A DNA stretch of 57,645 bases, filler included, from Squatina squatina (GCA_031763465.1; 3 parts of 3 records of this genome joined end to end with filler, not necessarily neighbours in it), one strand, 5' to 3'. Positions 1 through 13,365 are shown, counted from the whole stretch's first letter. The notes: generated by a model not told the origin, from the letters alone. Made by a program: numbers and translations.

Positions 1-800
1 GATAGTGGACAGGCTTTGAGAGGGGTCAGGAGGTGAACCACTCATCACAGAATACCCAGATGCTGACCTGCTGTTGTAGCCACTGTATTGATATGGCTGA
101 TCCAGTTAAGTTTTTGGACCTTGGTAACCCCCAAGATGTTGATGGTGAGGAGCTTGAGATGGAGATGCTGTTGAAGGTCAGGGGTTGGTGGTTGAACTTT
201 TTTTGTTATACAGTATGAATGTTATCTGCCAATTATCAGTCCAAATCTCAATGTAGCCTGCCATGGAGTGCTTCAAATAAATGGAACTGAATACTGTGGA
301 ATTGTCAGTGAACTGCCAGACAGCTGACTTTACAATAGAGGGAAGGTCATTTCTGAAGCAGGTGAAGATGATTGGGCCAAGAACGTTTTCCTGAGAAACT
401 CCAGCAGCGATGTCCTGGAGCTGTGATGGTTGGACTCTGGACAGTCCTGATCAGCTTCCCTTGCATCAGATATGACTCTTACTACTGGAGAGTTTTCCCT
501 TTGATCCACATTGACTTCACTTATGCTGGAGTTCTTTGGTTCCATACTCAGGCAAATACCACCTTTCATGTGAAAGACCTCTCATCTAGCATTTAGCTCT
601 TGATTCCATGTCTGTATTAAGACTGTGATTGGTCTGGAGCTGATTGGTTCTGGCAGAACCTAAACTGAGCATCAGTGAATAGGCCATTGGTGACCAGGTG
701 CCACTAATGATGACTCTTCCATCACTTTGCTGATAATTAGCTAAAGGCAAATAGAGATGGCAATTGATTTATCCTGTTTTTGATGGATCGGACATATCTG
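1..800 (-). mobile_element. Degenerate non-LTR retrotransposon (CR1/L2-group RT region) relic
   Basis: Minus strand has decayed RT-like sequence, including gttcactgacaat at ~301-313 where an FADD-like motif would lie; no intact ORF. Family assigned by recalled similarity only. Confidence 0.45.
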
Positions 801-809
801 GACATTCTT

Positions 810-1101
810 ACATAAGAACATAAGAAATAGGAGCATTAGTCGGTCATTTAACCCCTCGAGCCTGCTCTGCCATTCAATGAGATCACGACTGATCTGATTC
901 TGACCTCAACTCCACTTTCCTGCCTGTCATAACCTTTGACTCCCCTGTTGCTCAAAAACCTGTCTCTCTCAGCCTTGAATTTATTCAATGACTCAGCCTC
1001 CACAGCTCTCTGGGGTAAAGAATTCCAATTCCAAAGATTCATGACCCTCTGAGAGAAGAAATTCCTCTTCATCTCCGTCTTAAATGGGTGACCCCTTATT
1101 T
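810..1101 (-). mobile_element. CR1/HER1-type LINE 3' end
   Basis: Minus translation KIRGHPFKTEMKRNFFSQRVMNLWN..SLPQRAVEAESLNKFKAERDRFL is the CR1 ORF2 C-terminus. It is followed by the 3' tail (acataagaacataagaaataggagca on +), variants of which recur at ~7035, ~8058, ~36525 and ~54715. Confidence 0.85.
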
Positions 1102-1634
1102 TGAGTTGGCTGGGCATTTCCTTGAAGTGTTTGAATGGGGTTTCCGACACTTGCGGTGAAGTTACGGTGGTGGAGTGGGAGCAGCTCCGAGGAAATTCCC
1201 AGCCATTAATGCCTTTTGTTGAAAGGTTGCTGCTGGCCTTTGATTTTGAAGTTGAACAGTTGGCAGAGAGACCTGTTCAAGAAGCAATCAGAAGAAATGT
1301 TCCCTTTCCACAGGTGTAAATTGTAAAGTGGGTGTTAGTTGGCAGGAGGGATGTGGGAATGTCCTTCATGAAATTTCTGATATGGGTGTTCGTCAAATGC
1401 TCAGTCAAAATTACACCTGCCTTCAGCTTCTCCAGCCTTAACAAAGGCTGCCAATGGCTTTAAATGCTTTTTGAGTGTTTCTTCAAGCTACGAGTCTTAA
1501 AATCCTGCTCCTGATAAATAAATGAAATAGCCATGTGGTTAATCCATGAAATACGATGGCTATCACTGAAAAATGTGACAGAGAATGTTTGGCTTTTTTC
1601 CCCCAAACTGTGAATATGTCTAACATTGTTCTAG

Positions 1635-1772
1635 GGGCACACCTGAATCCTGCCATTTCCCTTTCTATGTGTGTGCTGGGACGGCTGCAATGGTTGAAAC
1701 TTCCCATCTACTGCATTGCTCAGCTTATCGGAGCCTTCATCGGTTCAGCGGCAGTTTTTGGGCTTTATTATG
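1635..1772 (+). CDS. AQP9: Aquaglyceroporin AQP9, internal exon with first NPA motif
   Basis: ag|GG...TATG|gtaagt, 138 nt, phase 1-1; [49 protein letters not shown]9 rather than AQP3/7/10 is supported by the next exon's sequence and by adjacency to LIPC. Confidence 0.88.
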
Positions 1773-1849
1773 GTAAGTTTGTCATTTTTACATTTGCATT
1801 TAACTAATGGAAATCACCAAATACTCAGTAATCCTTATGTACTTTTTAG

Positions 1850-1968
1850 ATGCCTTCATGGCTTTTGATGGTGGGAACTTGGCAATAACCGGTCAAAATG
1901 CAACAGCGCAGATTTTCTCCTCTTATCCAGCACCACATTTGTCATTTGCAAATGGCTTTGCAGATCAG
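1850..1968 (+). CDS. AQP9: AQP9, next internal exon
   Basis: ttttag|AT...GATCAG|gtaaac, 119 nt, after a 77-nt intron and phase-compatible with the previous exon. DAFMAFDGGNLAITGQNATAQIFSSYPAPHLSFANGFADQ matches the AQP9 pattern NATAxIFxxYPAPxLSxANxFADQ. Confidence 0.88.
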
Positions 1969-2567
1969 GTAAACATAAATGCTTTCAAGCTAATTTTACT
2001 GCTTCTGATATCTTGCATGTCTCACCCTTTTTGATCAATGCCAACTGATTTTTAAAACACCCTGCCATTGCGGTCATGAATGAGTTGCTCCCAGTCCTTT
2101 AGCACTCTGTAGGCTGCCATCAGTAGATGCATGAGTGCAGCCTGGGGTGACACACCCTTCTGATTTCCCCATCCATCCCCTGGGAAGCACTTGTCCTTTA
2201 TTGGCTCCTCTGTATTGCATCGGAGATGTGGAACTCCTACCAATGCATTGAAACTCCATCACATTGCACCAGCCTGCAATCTCTTTCCCCTCCGCCTGCT
2301 CCATATTCTGCACCACAAACCTGTACCAGTGCGAATAAAATGGCCAACTGTCAGGTTCATTGCCACTGTTGGTCTGGAGTTGGCTATGATGAGGTACTTA
2401 AGAGTAGCTATGGTATCTCACCGCTTGAAGTTTCTCTATTTTCAGGAGCAGAAGGACTTTTCCCAATGGCAGAAGGTAGACTGCAAAGTAGACTGCAAGT
2501 TCACCTTGGAAGAGATTGCAAGTGCAAACCCACATTATCTACCATTCCATGGCATGTGTACAGTGTC

Positions 2568-3039
2568 AGTCTGGCTCAGTGTTAGCGCCCACCTCTCAGT
2601 CCGAAGGTTGTGGGTTCAAACCCCAGTCCAGGAATTGGGCACAAAATCTAGGCTGACACTTCAATGTAGTGCTGCTGCACTATCAGTCTTTCAAATGAGT
2701 GATCAATGGAATGAAAATCGGGTGGGTTTTATAGTAGGTGGGCGATCTGCTCCACCCTGATTACTGCCCATGCAGTGAAGACTCGTTACATCAAGGCTCC
2801 ATCTACCTGAGTGTGAAAAAATCCCTTGGCACTATTTGCAGGGGAGTTCTTCTGATGGCCTGGTCAATATTTATTCCTCAAGCAACTGATAACTGTTCAA
2901 CTTATCTTGTGAGACCTTGCTGTATGGAAATTAGCTGCCAGATTTCCTACGTAACAAGAGTGACTACTTTTTAAATGTAATTCATTGGCTGTGGAAGTAC
3001 TTTGACATGTGAAAGGAGCAAAATAAATGTAAGGTCTTT
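2568..3039 (+). mobile_element. tRNA-derived SINE (shark SINE2/Deu-type), degenerate
   Basis: A-box-like tggctcagtgttag and B-box-like ggttcaaaccc head; tail tgtgaaaggagcaaaataaatgtaag. Related pieces at ~7545-7640, ~26690-26830 (-) and ~49370-49460 (-). Confidence 0.6.
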
Positions 3040-4783
3040 ACTGAGACACAGATGCTTCATCAATAAATGACCTCATTGAAATACACACAGTGATACTCCT
3101 GGCTGTTTGAATGTTCTACTTTTATGAACAAAATTCAGTTACAAAATGTCAACTCTCTTTTTTGACTGGATTGAATCGCATAATCATTTCATTCGGCAAA
3201 TATTAACCTCCGATCTCAGAAAACCTGAAGCATGAAAGAAAACCAGAATAAAAAGAAATTCATTAAAGTTTTGTTGTCATTTTTTAAAATATATGTGACA
3301 TATATATAAAACACAATACAGAGAAAAGATCACCTATCCAATTCACAGATTCAATTCACACAATAAAAGTGTTAAAGAGCAAAGGACAACACTAAAATGG
3401 GGTGATTTTCTGAGTGCATCCTGGGAGCAGCGGACCTTGCCCACCAGGAGAACATATCGGAAAATCACGGCTGCATTGCCTTTGATTTTGTGCTCATTGA
3501 CAAGGTTCCCCACCGTTGGTGTGAACTCAGAAAATTAACCCTAACATTCCTACTTGTGCTGAATGGAGGATCAAAGAAAAACACACAGTGAGAAACCATC
3601 AAAAACAGTGAGTCAATAATGCAATCACTGGCACCAAAAGTGCTGCAACTTCATACTAACAGGGAGTGGAGTATGAGGCCTACTCAGTGCCCAAGATACA
3701 CGGCACCCCATTGTGTGGCTTTGAGCATGAAGAGCCCCGGCCAGGCTAAAGTTGACCATTACGAGGTGATTAAGGGTAGCTGTGTATTAAATGAATACTC
3801 GCCCCAAAATGTGACTGAAGTGCCTAACAAATGATCCATTCCAAATGAGGGAGCCTTATAAATAAATTGAATCTACTACTTCCTGTTGGCCCTCTCCTCC
3901 AACTAGGACCAGCATTGCTCCTGGTCCTCCTGGTGCTTGGCGTACACAGGNNNNNNNNNNNNNNNNNNNNNNNNNNNNNNNNNNNNNNNNNNNNNNNNNN
4001 NNNNNNNNNNNNNNNNNNNNNNNNNNNNNNNNNNNNNNNNNNNNNNNNNNGCAAATGCAGCAGCTTCACGAAAATCACGAGGAGTTTAAGCACGAGATGC
4101 CATTTTTGCGGAGCTCACGGTGGAGGAACGCAAATCAGCCAGCAACTTGTGGCGATTGGCAATTCATGGGCTCTCCTTCGCTTCACGTTGCTGGTCGATT
4201 TGCGCATTAATAGCGGCGTGTGTCGTTCAGACACCGCAACGTTTTCAGCAACATCTGACCCACTGAATAATGGAGAATAGTTGAAACTGGAGATGCAGCC
4301 AAGGATTTGGGTCATTTAAGCACAAGAGTAGAGCAGGTGAAAAGCAAAGTGCTGCACTTGTGAAGCATTGAGCCAATTATCGGGTCCAAAAGCCATGATC
4401 TATCCTTAAACCTTTCTGTTTAACACATTAAAAAGAACCCAGAATTCAGTCATGCTAACAGATCTCCTTTGCTGTTGTTCATGGTTATATCATTTTATAT
4501 GGATAGGAACTTTATACTGTGAAAAGCACAATGTATTATTCAATGCTAATGAGTCTCTGCATGCAATGTGGCCTGCCCCTCTACGGCCATAAAGTCTTGT
4601 AGCTATAAATAAAGACATCCTGAGGTGTATTAGTCACATGCTACTTTTACTCACATCCTGTGGCAAATTAGAGTGTATTTTCTGTTGCTACGGAAATACC
4701 TCTGAAACCAACAGGAAATGACTATCATTCCTGAAGGAGTTTATGTTTTAACAGAAAGGTAAGAAAACAGTTGGATGAACTTC

Positions 4784-4927
4784 ATGTGTGTGTGAGTGTG
4801 TGTGTACACATGTGATTGTGTGTGCCCATGTATGCATGTATGCATGTACATGTGTTTGTGAGTGTGTGTGTCTGTGTATGTACGCATGCGTGTGTATGTA
4901 CATGGGTGTGTGTGTGAGTGTGTGTCT
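4784..4927. repeat. Imperfect (TG)n microsatellite
   Basis: Directly visible TG/TA dinucleotide run. Confidence 0.9.
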
Positions 4928-7675
4928 GAGACTGGTGCTCCTGTAATGACATTTACAGAGACAAACCAGTAAAATGCCTGGATACAACTGATCTTTGTAC
5001 TTCCCTACAAAAAATTCAGAACTACGTCACAGTAAGCTAGGAAAGTANNNNNNNNNNNNNNNNNNNNNNNNNNNNNNNNNNNNNNNNNNNNNNNNNNNNN
5101 NNNNNNNNNNNNNNNNNNNNNNNNNNNNNNNNNNNNNNNNNNNNNNNCAACTAAGCTATGCATATCAGGGATCAGAGATGCAATCTATCACTATATTGAG
5201 CCAGTTAAGATATTCCATTGACAGGGCAATCTTCCCCTCTGTGGGGCACTCTCTGAAAATCGTATTGGCTGCGGCCGCATATTTCTATTTTATGCACATT
5301 GTGGCTTTCTGATTGAAGTTGTTAATTTAGTGCCAGGTTGACCCACATTATAGAAAGGCTTTCTGCTGTGGGTCAATGCTCAGAAGAAAATTAATGTTGG
5401 AGGCTTTTTATTTACTTTTCCTGTCTGTCTCTTTTATCTTTCTCCCTTAATCCCATTTATATTTCCCAATCTTTATTTTGCTTTCTCTACATTATTTCAC
5501 TCTAATTTATATTTCCTTCTTTGTACTTCCTGGTTTGGACCCTGCATGGCTCAGTGAGGATTCTTCAATCTGATTGGCTGAAGAGGCTTGCTGTTTCTTA
5601 ACCTGCTCACTGATGCCACAGATCCCCTGTAGAGGGCGTCCCGCTGGGTCAGACGCCTGATGGCAGGAAGTCTCCACTCCAAAGCTGGTCAAATCATTGT
5701 GGGCAGCTGTCAGCGAGGTGAATGGCGAGCACCGTTCCTTCACCGCTGACCGCAAAATCCAATATATACAGCTCTGTAACACAGCAAACGTGTTGAAATT
5801 CAAGTGATTTGCTGTTTATTCCATACTGTGGTCTGGCAACTGTTTGATATTTTTTATATTCGCATACTTGCAAAGCCATAAAAACACTAATTTGTTTCAA
5901 AATTACATTTTAAACATATGGCATTATCAGGATATCTTTGCCAGCAGTGAGATATGATGAGTATCTCCGTTTATGAGGCTGACAATAATTCTTTCCAAAT
6001 TTCATTACTTGTGAGTTGAACTTTCAGCCTCAAGTGTGGTTATTTATCGTATCTCAAGGCTATCCCATGGCATGCCTTCTATTGATCACATTTTTCTCAT
6101 TAGTGCATTTTGGGAGGTTTGTGTGGAAGATCATGAGTCCTGAGGGTGATGGAAACCAATAACTTTTGATTTATAAAAGTTATTACCAGCACACATTAGA
6201 ATCCTGTGAGAATAGCAGTTTATAAGGTATTGAAATGATTGCACATGATTACAGAATACTGTACTTAGACACACAAATAATACGATTGAATTTTATTTAA
6301 GGGCTCAGGCCTGATTAACCCCCGCCTTTCATTTTTTGGGTGTGACAAACTGTTACCCTTTAGTGTTTTATATCCGCTGCACGATATTCCAGCAATACAA
6401 GGTAGTCCAGCATCCTCAGTTCTGCTGTGTCAAGTGTATCATTCTTAACTGTCTAACAAAGATTGTTTTCATTTTTAACATCCCTCTAATGTACTATAGG
6501 GGAGACTTTGAAGCCTCCCAGCCAACAGATATGGGCAGTCATGCCCCAAAATCACGGCTAGGAATTTTCTGCCTCGTTTCCACCGTCACTTTTTTGGTCA
6601 TCGCCATTTTGCTAGGGTCCTCAGGAGAGACTGTCCAGTTGACTGCCTGAAACATGCATTACAGCCAAGTTAGGCATTTAAATTGGGGTCCGATGACATC
6701 AATAGGACGCCAATGGAATTTTAACTGGGTTCTTTAAGGTGAAGCTGCTGTGGTTTTCCTAGCTGCAGCTGCAGCCTCAAAGCAAGGCACGTACAACACT
6801 TCCATTGGCAGTCAAGGTCACTGTCGTGCTCAGCTGTCATGTCATGGGCTCCTTTCAAGCAGAAACAGGTGAAGTTAGCAATATCCTGCATTTTGCAGGA
6901 TCAGGGAGGTCACCAAGGCTCTGTACAACAAGAGATATAATCTCCTTCACCATTAACAGAGAGAAGCAGGAAGAGAGAGGATGAGGATTTGCCCTCATTG
7001 AATCAAAGAATGGTTACAACACAGAAAGAGGTTATAGAAACATAGAAAATAGGTGCAGGAGTAGGCCATTTGGCCCTTCGAGCCTACACCGCCATTCAAC
7101 ACGATCATGGCTGATCTTTCAACTCAGTACCCCGTACCTNNNNNNNNNNNNNNNNNNNNNNNNNNNNNNNNNNNNNNNNNNNNNNNNNNNNNNNNNNNNN
7201 NNNNNNNNNNNNNNNNNNNNNNNNNNNNNNNNNNNNNNNGAAGTTGCTCAGCCAATATTATTGGGGATGAAGACATGCGAGAGCTTGCACCCACAGTACA
7301 ATTAATTTGTGTTACATAGAATATACAGCACAGAAACAGGCCATTCAGCCCCATCAGTCCATGCCAGCATTTATGCTCTATTTGAGCCTCCTCCCGTCCT
7401 TCCTCATCTAACTATCAGCATAAACCTCTATTCCCTTCTCCCTCGTATGCTTACTTAGCTTTGCCTTCAATGTATCTCTACCACTCCCTGTGGCAGCAAG
7501 CTCCATATTCTCACCATTCTCTGGATAAAGAAGTTTCTTAAATTGCAACAGTGACAACACATCAAAAAGTACTTCAACTGCAAAGCACTTTGGGATGTCC
7601 GGTGGTAATGAACGGCGCTATATAAATGCAAGTCTTTCCGTTACAAATACACTCTCTTCATTTTTTATTTCACAG

Positions 7676-7909
7676 GTCTCGACCCAGCTGGACCGCTGTT
7701 TGAAGGCATGTCACCAACAGATCGTTTATCTCCTGATGATGCAAATTTTGTTGATGCGCTACACACATTTACACAAGAACATATGGGACTGAGTGTTGGA
7801 ATCAATCAACCTGTAGCCCATTACGACTTCTACCCAAATGGTGGCACCTTTCAACCCGGCTGCCACCTCAAACACATGTACAATCATATTGCCCAGTATG
7901 GAATTCTAG
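7676..7909 (+). CDS. LIPC: Hepatic lipase exon with catalytic Asp and start of the lid
   Basis: cacag|GT...CTAG|gtatga, 234 nt; [63 protein letters not shown]. The EHMGLSVGI motif is LIPC-type rather than LPL/LIPG. Confidence 0.93.
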
Positions 7910-8209
7910 GTATGATTTGGCCTTGGAGGAACTGGTTGTAAATATTTCAGTGTAATAAGAAAAATAGATTAACACAAAAGCCATATTGATAATGAGGTGT
8001 TTGTTGATTCATTTGATGATGATGATGAAGGGTTATGAAAAAGAACATATGGAATTACATAGAAACATAGAAAATAGGAGCAGGAGTAGGCCATTCGGCC
8101 CTTCGAGCCNNNNNNNNNNNNNNNNNNNNNNNNNNNNNNNNNNNNNNNNNNNNNNNNNNNNNNNNNNNNNNNNNNNNNNNNNNNNNNNNNNNNNNNNNNN
8201 NNNNNNNNN

Positions 8210-9420
8210 CATCATGAGACTGACAGGGATTGGATGTTTGCCCACCTTTCGACTAGCAGGAATTTGATGTTTGTGCATAATTAGACTGGCATGGATTTAT
8301 GTTTGTGTACCTTTAGACTGGCAGTGTTTGGATGTTTCCCCATCTTTAGACTGGCAGGGATTGTATTTTTGCTCATCATTACACAGGCAGGAAGTTGTTG
8401 TTTGCCCATCATTTTACTGGCAGTGTTTGGATATTTGCCCATATTTAGACTAGCAGGGATTGGATGCTTGTGCCTCATAAGACTGGCAGGGATTTTATGT
8501 TTCCCCACCATTAGACTGGCAGGGATTGGATGTTTGCCCATCATTAGACTGGCAGCGATTGGATGTTTGCCCACCATTAGACGGGCAATGATTGGAAGTT
8601 TGCCCATCATGAGACTGGCAGGGATTGGATGTTTCCCCACCATTAAACTGGCAGGGATTGGATGTTTGCCCGTCATTAGACTGGCAGCGATTGGTAGTTT
8701 GCCCATCATTAGACTGACAGGGACTGGATGTTTAGCCACCTTTGGGCTGGCAGGGATTTAATGTTTGTGCATCCTTACACTGGCCGGGATTGTATGTTCG
8801 CCCATCATTAGACGGGCAATGATTCCTTGTTTGCCTGTAATTAGACTGGCAGGGATTGGATGTTTGCCCATCCTTAAATTGGCCAGAATTTTACGTTTGC
8901 CCATCAATAGTCTGGCAGGGATTGGATATTTGCTCATCATTAAACTGGCAGGGATTGGATGTTTGCCCACCTTTAGACTAGCAGGAATTGGATGCTTGTG
9001 CATCATTAGACTGGCATGGTTCTTATATTTGCCCCCGATTAGACTGGCAGGGATTGGATGTTTGCCCATCATTAGACTGGCAGTGATTGGATGTTTGCCC
9101 CCATTAGACGGGTAGCGATTGGAAGTTTGCCCATCATTAGACTGACAGGAATTGGATGTTTGCCCACCATTAGATTGGCATGGATTGGATGTTTGCCCAC
9201 CTTTAGACTGGCAGGGATTGGATGTTAGCCTATCATTAGACGGGCAGAGATTGGATCTTTGCCCATCATTAGATGGGCAGGGATTTGATGTATGCTCATC
9301 AGTAGGCGGGCAGGGATTCGATGTTTGCCCACCATTAAATGGGCAGGGAGTGGATGTTTGACCACCATTAGATGGACAGGGATTGGATGTTTGCCCATCT
9401 TTAGATGGTCAGGGATTGCC
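8210..9420. repeat. 33-bp minisatellite in a LIPC intron
   Basis: Unit ~attagactggcagggattggatgtttgcccatc; explains the 11-aa-periodic ORFs on both strands. Confidence 0.95.
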
Positions 9421-9579
9421 TTTATTACCACTTTGTGTTAATCTGAGGACGCCGTTGCATCATACATCACCTCAGCACCAAAAGGAGTCAATTATTTTAC
9501 ATTATCTATTTTTTTTTTCAAACTTTAGACTGCTCAGAAGGCTATTGTACCAATTGCTCATTCTTTCATTGTCTCCCAG

Positions 9580-9822
9580 GTATTACAGAAACTGTGAAGT
9601 GCGCACATGAGAGATCTGTGCACTTGTTCATTGATTCTTTGCTGAATGAAGACAAGCAAAGTGTTGCATATTGGTGCAATGACCTGAGCACATTTAACAA
9701 AGGAATCTGTCTGAGCTGCAGGAAAAATCGATGCAACACTCTGGGCTATAACATTAAAAAGGTCCGTACTCAAAGAAGCAAGAAAATGTACCTGAAAACC
9801 CGCGCTAATATGCCGTACAAAG
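9580..9822 (+). CDS. LIPC: Hepatic lipase exon with catalytic His
   Basis: cccag|GT...AAAG|gtaagt, 243 nt; [21 protein letters not shown]...[20 protein letters not shown]...PYK. Confidence 0.93.
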
Positions 9823-11128
9823 GTAAGTTCTCTAATTGTTTCCATTGCTTCTTTCNNNNNNNNNNNNNNNNNNNNNNNNNNNNNNNNNNNNNNNNNNNNN
9901 NNNNNNNNNNNNNNNNNNNNNNNNNNNNNNNNNNNNNNNNNNNNNNNNNNNNNNNTGGAGAGAAAGCAGGTACGGGGTACTGAGTTGAAAGATCAGCCAT
10001 GATCGAGTTGAATGGCAGTGCAGGCTCAAAGGCCTTCTGCACCTATTTTTCTATGTTTCACATACTGAGGGGTCAAACTGACACTTGTCAGTTTTCTAAT
10101 GACCCAACTCCTTTGGGTGACATAGAAGTGTTCTTTGGGTTCAAATGGGATTCTTACCATTGCTGTGCAGGCACCTTGTGTGGTTCTAGCAGGTTAATCT
10201 TTATTCGTAGTCTATATGTATTTGAGGGTTGCTCAGCCTTGGCTCCAGTCAACCTGTACCTGAATTCTCAGGACTTATATAACTGGGGTATGCTTGTACA
10301 GAAGGAGTGCACACTTCACTACAACCAAACTGAACCCCTCTAAGTTTGGCTTAGAGTCTCTTCAGCATAGAGAGCGTTTTACACATGAGTCAGCTGGCCA
10401 AAGAGTGGTTCTAACAATGTAGACAGATTTAGATGCAGTCTGAGCCCAATTCGGATTATAGGGAGAATGTGAGCATCCTAAAAGGAACATGATCTGAAGT
10501 ACCTGCCACCTGTTATCATTTTGTAATAAGACAGAGAAGATGCAACTGGAAATCTTATACAAGTTTCACCCAACCTCCTCCATAGCTGGGGACACGTCTC
10601 TTCCATGACAGATGGACAAGGTGTGATGAATACAGTTACCTCTATATAATTTTTCCCTCGGCTTTTCTCAGAATTTCTAGGACAAAAGTCACAGTTCACT
10701 AGACAATTATGGAAGGAAAGAGAGCTAATAATCAACAGGCTGAAAAAAAGGCCAGCCAGTCTCCAAATAGATGGATTTTGAATCTACTGATATCCATAGT
10801 AAGGAGTGGATGCACTCTACAGGAGGATGTCCTTTGCTATATTGCTTCAGCTATCTTGCTACAGACTTTGCCATTTTTTTGGTAAAAATTATGTTCGTAC
10901 TATGGGGCTCCTCGGTTTGCCTCTTTTTCAAGTAATTTAAAAAAGCAGATGGAAATGAACTGATTTTACTGTGCATGTTACTTACTCCAAGCTACCTTGT
11001 TTTAAGATTTCACATCAGAGTAGGGAACAGTTGTACTATATTGTTTGTAACTACCCTAATCAAAATGAATAGCTTTTTGAAATTACACTGGTATTAGATA
11101 AAGTGCAGGAACTTCGATTTTATTTCAG

Positions 11129-11347
11129 AGTTGAAAGCATCACTACCAACAAAACCTATTCATTTCTGATTCACACCGACGTTAACATTGGAGATTTGAT
11201 GATGCTGAAGTTCAAATGGGAAAACTCCGTTGCTTGGGCAAACCTTTGGAAGACTGTCCAAACATATTTTCCATGGAGACAGAATAATCTGAATTCCGAG
11301 CTCATTGTCAGAAAAATACGAATCAAAGCTGGAGAAACTCAACATAA
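11129..11347 (+). CDS. LIPC: Hepatic lipase PLAT-domain exon
   Basis: tttcag|A...CATAA|gtaagt, 219 nt; NKTYSFLIHTDVNIGDLMMLKFKWENSVAWANLW...IRIKAGETQ. It starts in phase 2 while the preceding visible exon ends in phase 1, so one exon is missing, probably in the gap at 9856-9955. Confidence 0.92.
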
Positions 11348-12369
11348 GTAAGTTGTGAAAAAAATGGTTGCATCTGTTTGCCAGATTACTTTTATTATCT
11401 ATGCAATCAAAGTCATCTCTCAAATCCTTATAATCCTTGTAACATCCTGGGAGGATGTTCCCCCTGGCTGGCGAGTCTAGACCTTGGGGTCACAGTCAAG
11501 GTTGCGGCACGCAGTATTCTGAAAGCTGCTCACCGGCTTTTCCATTGTAAATACCATGCATGCGCAGAAATTTAAAGGGTCCATGCAGAACAAAGCGCAG
11601 CTTACAGGGAACATTGGTCACAGTCTCAGAATAAGGGGTTGGCCATTTAGGACTGAGATGAGGAGAAATTTCTTCAAATGGTTGTGAATTTGTGGCATTC
11701 TCTATCCCAGATGGTGCGGATGCTCAGGCATTGNNNNNNNNNNNNNNNNNNNNNNNNNNNNNNNNNNNNNNNNNNNNNNNNNNNNNNNNNNNNNNNNNNN
11801 NNNNNNNNNNNNNNNNNNNNNNNNNNNNNNNNNNNNNNNNNNNNNNNNNNNNNNNNNNNNNNNNNNNNNNNNNNNNNNNNNNNNNNNNNNNNNNNNNNNN
11901 NNNNNNNNNNNNNNNNNNNNNNNNNNNNNNNNNNNNNNNNNNNNNNNNNNNNNNNNNNNNNNNNNNNNNNNNNNNNNNNNNNNNNNNNNNNNNNNNNNNN
12001 NNNNNNNNNNNNNNNNNNNNNNNNNNNNNNNNNNNNNNNNNNNNNNNNNNNNNNNNNNNNNNNNNNNNNNNNNNNNNNNNNNNNNNNNNNNNNNNNNNNN
12101 NNNNNNNNNNNNNNNNNNNNNNNNNNNNNNNNNNNNNNNNNNNNNNNNNNNNNNNNNNNNNNNNNNNNNNNNNNNNNNNNNNNNNNNNNNNNNNNNNNNN
12201 NNNNNNNNNNNNNNNNNNNNNNNNNNNNNNNNNNNNNNNNNNNNNNNNNNNNNNNNNNNNNNNNNNNNNNNNNNNNNNNNNNNNNNNNNNNNNNNNNNNN
12301 NNNNNNNNNNNNNNNNNNNNNNNNNNNNNNNNNNNNNNNNNNNNNNNNNNNNNNNNNNNNNNNNNNNNN

Positions 12370-12430
12370 TGTTAGGTGCATAGGTGACAGAAGCAGAAGA
12401 CATCACAGAAAGCTGAAGCACAGGATATGA
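12370..12430 (+). CDS. LIPC: Probable end of LIPC last coding exon (5' part lost in gap)
   Basis: VRCIGDRSRRHHRKLKHRI* resembles the LIPC C-terminus (FVKC followed by a basic heparin-binding tail); AATAAA at 12536-12541. Confidence 0.65.
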
Positions 12431-13265
12431 ACTTAAGCTGAAACCAAGATCATCAGTTCTACAGAATTCATTCAAAAATCAGAAACATGTTCTAGCCAAC
12501 AACTTGGAAAGTGTAAACATACTAACTACAACTGCAATAAAGAAATTCCCAAATCTATAGATGGATTAAAAACATTTTTTGGAACAGTAAATACTTATTA
12601 TAGAAACAGATTGGTGAGCTCATGACATCATATTAAGAGCAAAGGATACCAGAATTCTCAATGTGTCAAAAGGTGTTTATTATGCATAAATGTACTTCAT
12701 TCTAAAAGTAACATCCTGAAGAGATTAACTCACCATAAAAGTTCCTCTTTAGAAATATAGGCCTGACTTATGAAATGTAGTTATGTTTGTGTCATTTAAA
12801 AAAAGTTTCTGAAGGATATACTGCGAGTGTGAAATTTAATTTTGGATTGTGACTTGCTGAAACTCAGCACTTGTGTGACTAATACATGGCTTTTATCTAC
12901 AGAGGCAAGTGATTTAGCACAAATTAATTAGAGTTAAGATTAAAAATAGGATTGTGGTTAAACAGGAAGGTTGGCAACAATACAGTTAAGATACATTTCT
13001 GAATGTATTCAAGCGTACATATAATTAAATTTTACTTTAAAAAGGGACAGTCATAAATTTTCCTTGGGCAAAACCCTCAAAATCTTTCAATGACAAACAA
13101 AAAATAAACTGTTTCCCTCACTTCGCATCGTACTGAATTTTAACCAATACTGCTTGTATTTCTAAACATCCAATCATAACGTACTGATAGCTACCTCTTA
13201 CTGTCAAAGTATTCTCAATTTGTGACAGAAGCCATAAATTGGAGTGATCCCAAAAGACTTAAATA

Positions 13266-13365
13266 NNNNNNNNNNNNNNNNNNNNNNNNNNNNNNNNNNN
13301 NNNNNNNNNTTAATTAATTAANNNNNNNNNNNNNNNNNNNNNNNNNNNNNNNNNNNNNNNNNNNN
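13266..13365. other. Artificial scaffold linker N44-TTAATTAATTAA-N44
   Basis: Palindromic 12-mer with stops in all six frames, centred in a spacer of exactly 100 nt; identical copy at 42185-42284. Confidence 0.97.

Noticed and set aside
2568-2640. tRNA gene
   Set aside because: A/B-box-like motifs only, no cloverleaf; it continues into a SINE body and tail.
3880-3950. Collagen-like APGPPGA stretch
   Set aside because: Gly-X-Y holds for only about two triplets and has no exon boundaries.
8210-9420. CRISPR-like array (also considered for 28354-28960, 29061-30269 and 32627-32942)
   Set aside because: Units are head-to-tail with no unique spacers, there are no cas genes, and the context is vertebrate.
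10300-10343. HYNQTEPL as the missing LIPC exon
   Set aside because: Short chance resemblance followed by a stop; no suitable splice sites.
11674-12475. ORFs of 227-257 aa here and 205-221 aa at 55844-56579
   Set aside because: Almost entirely N; only 12370-12430 is retained, as the probable LIPC end.
13310-13321. TTAATTAATTAA as a biological palindrome or piggyBac target site
   Set aside because: Centred in symmetric N44 padding and repeated identically at 42229; an assembly linker.
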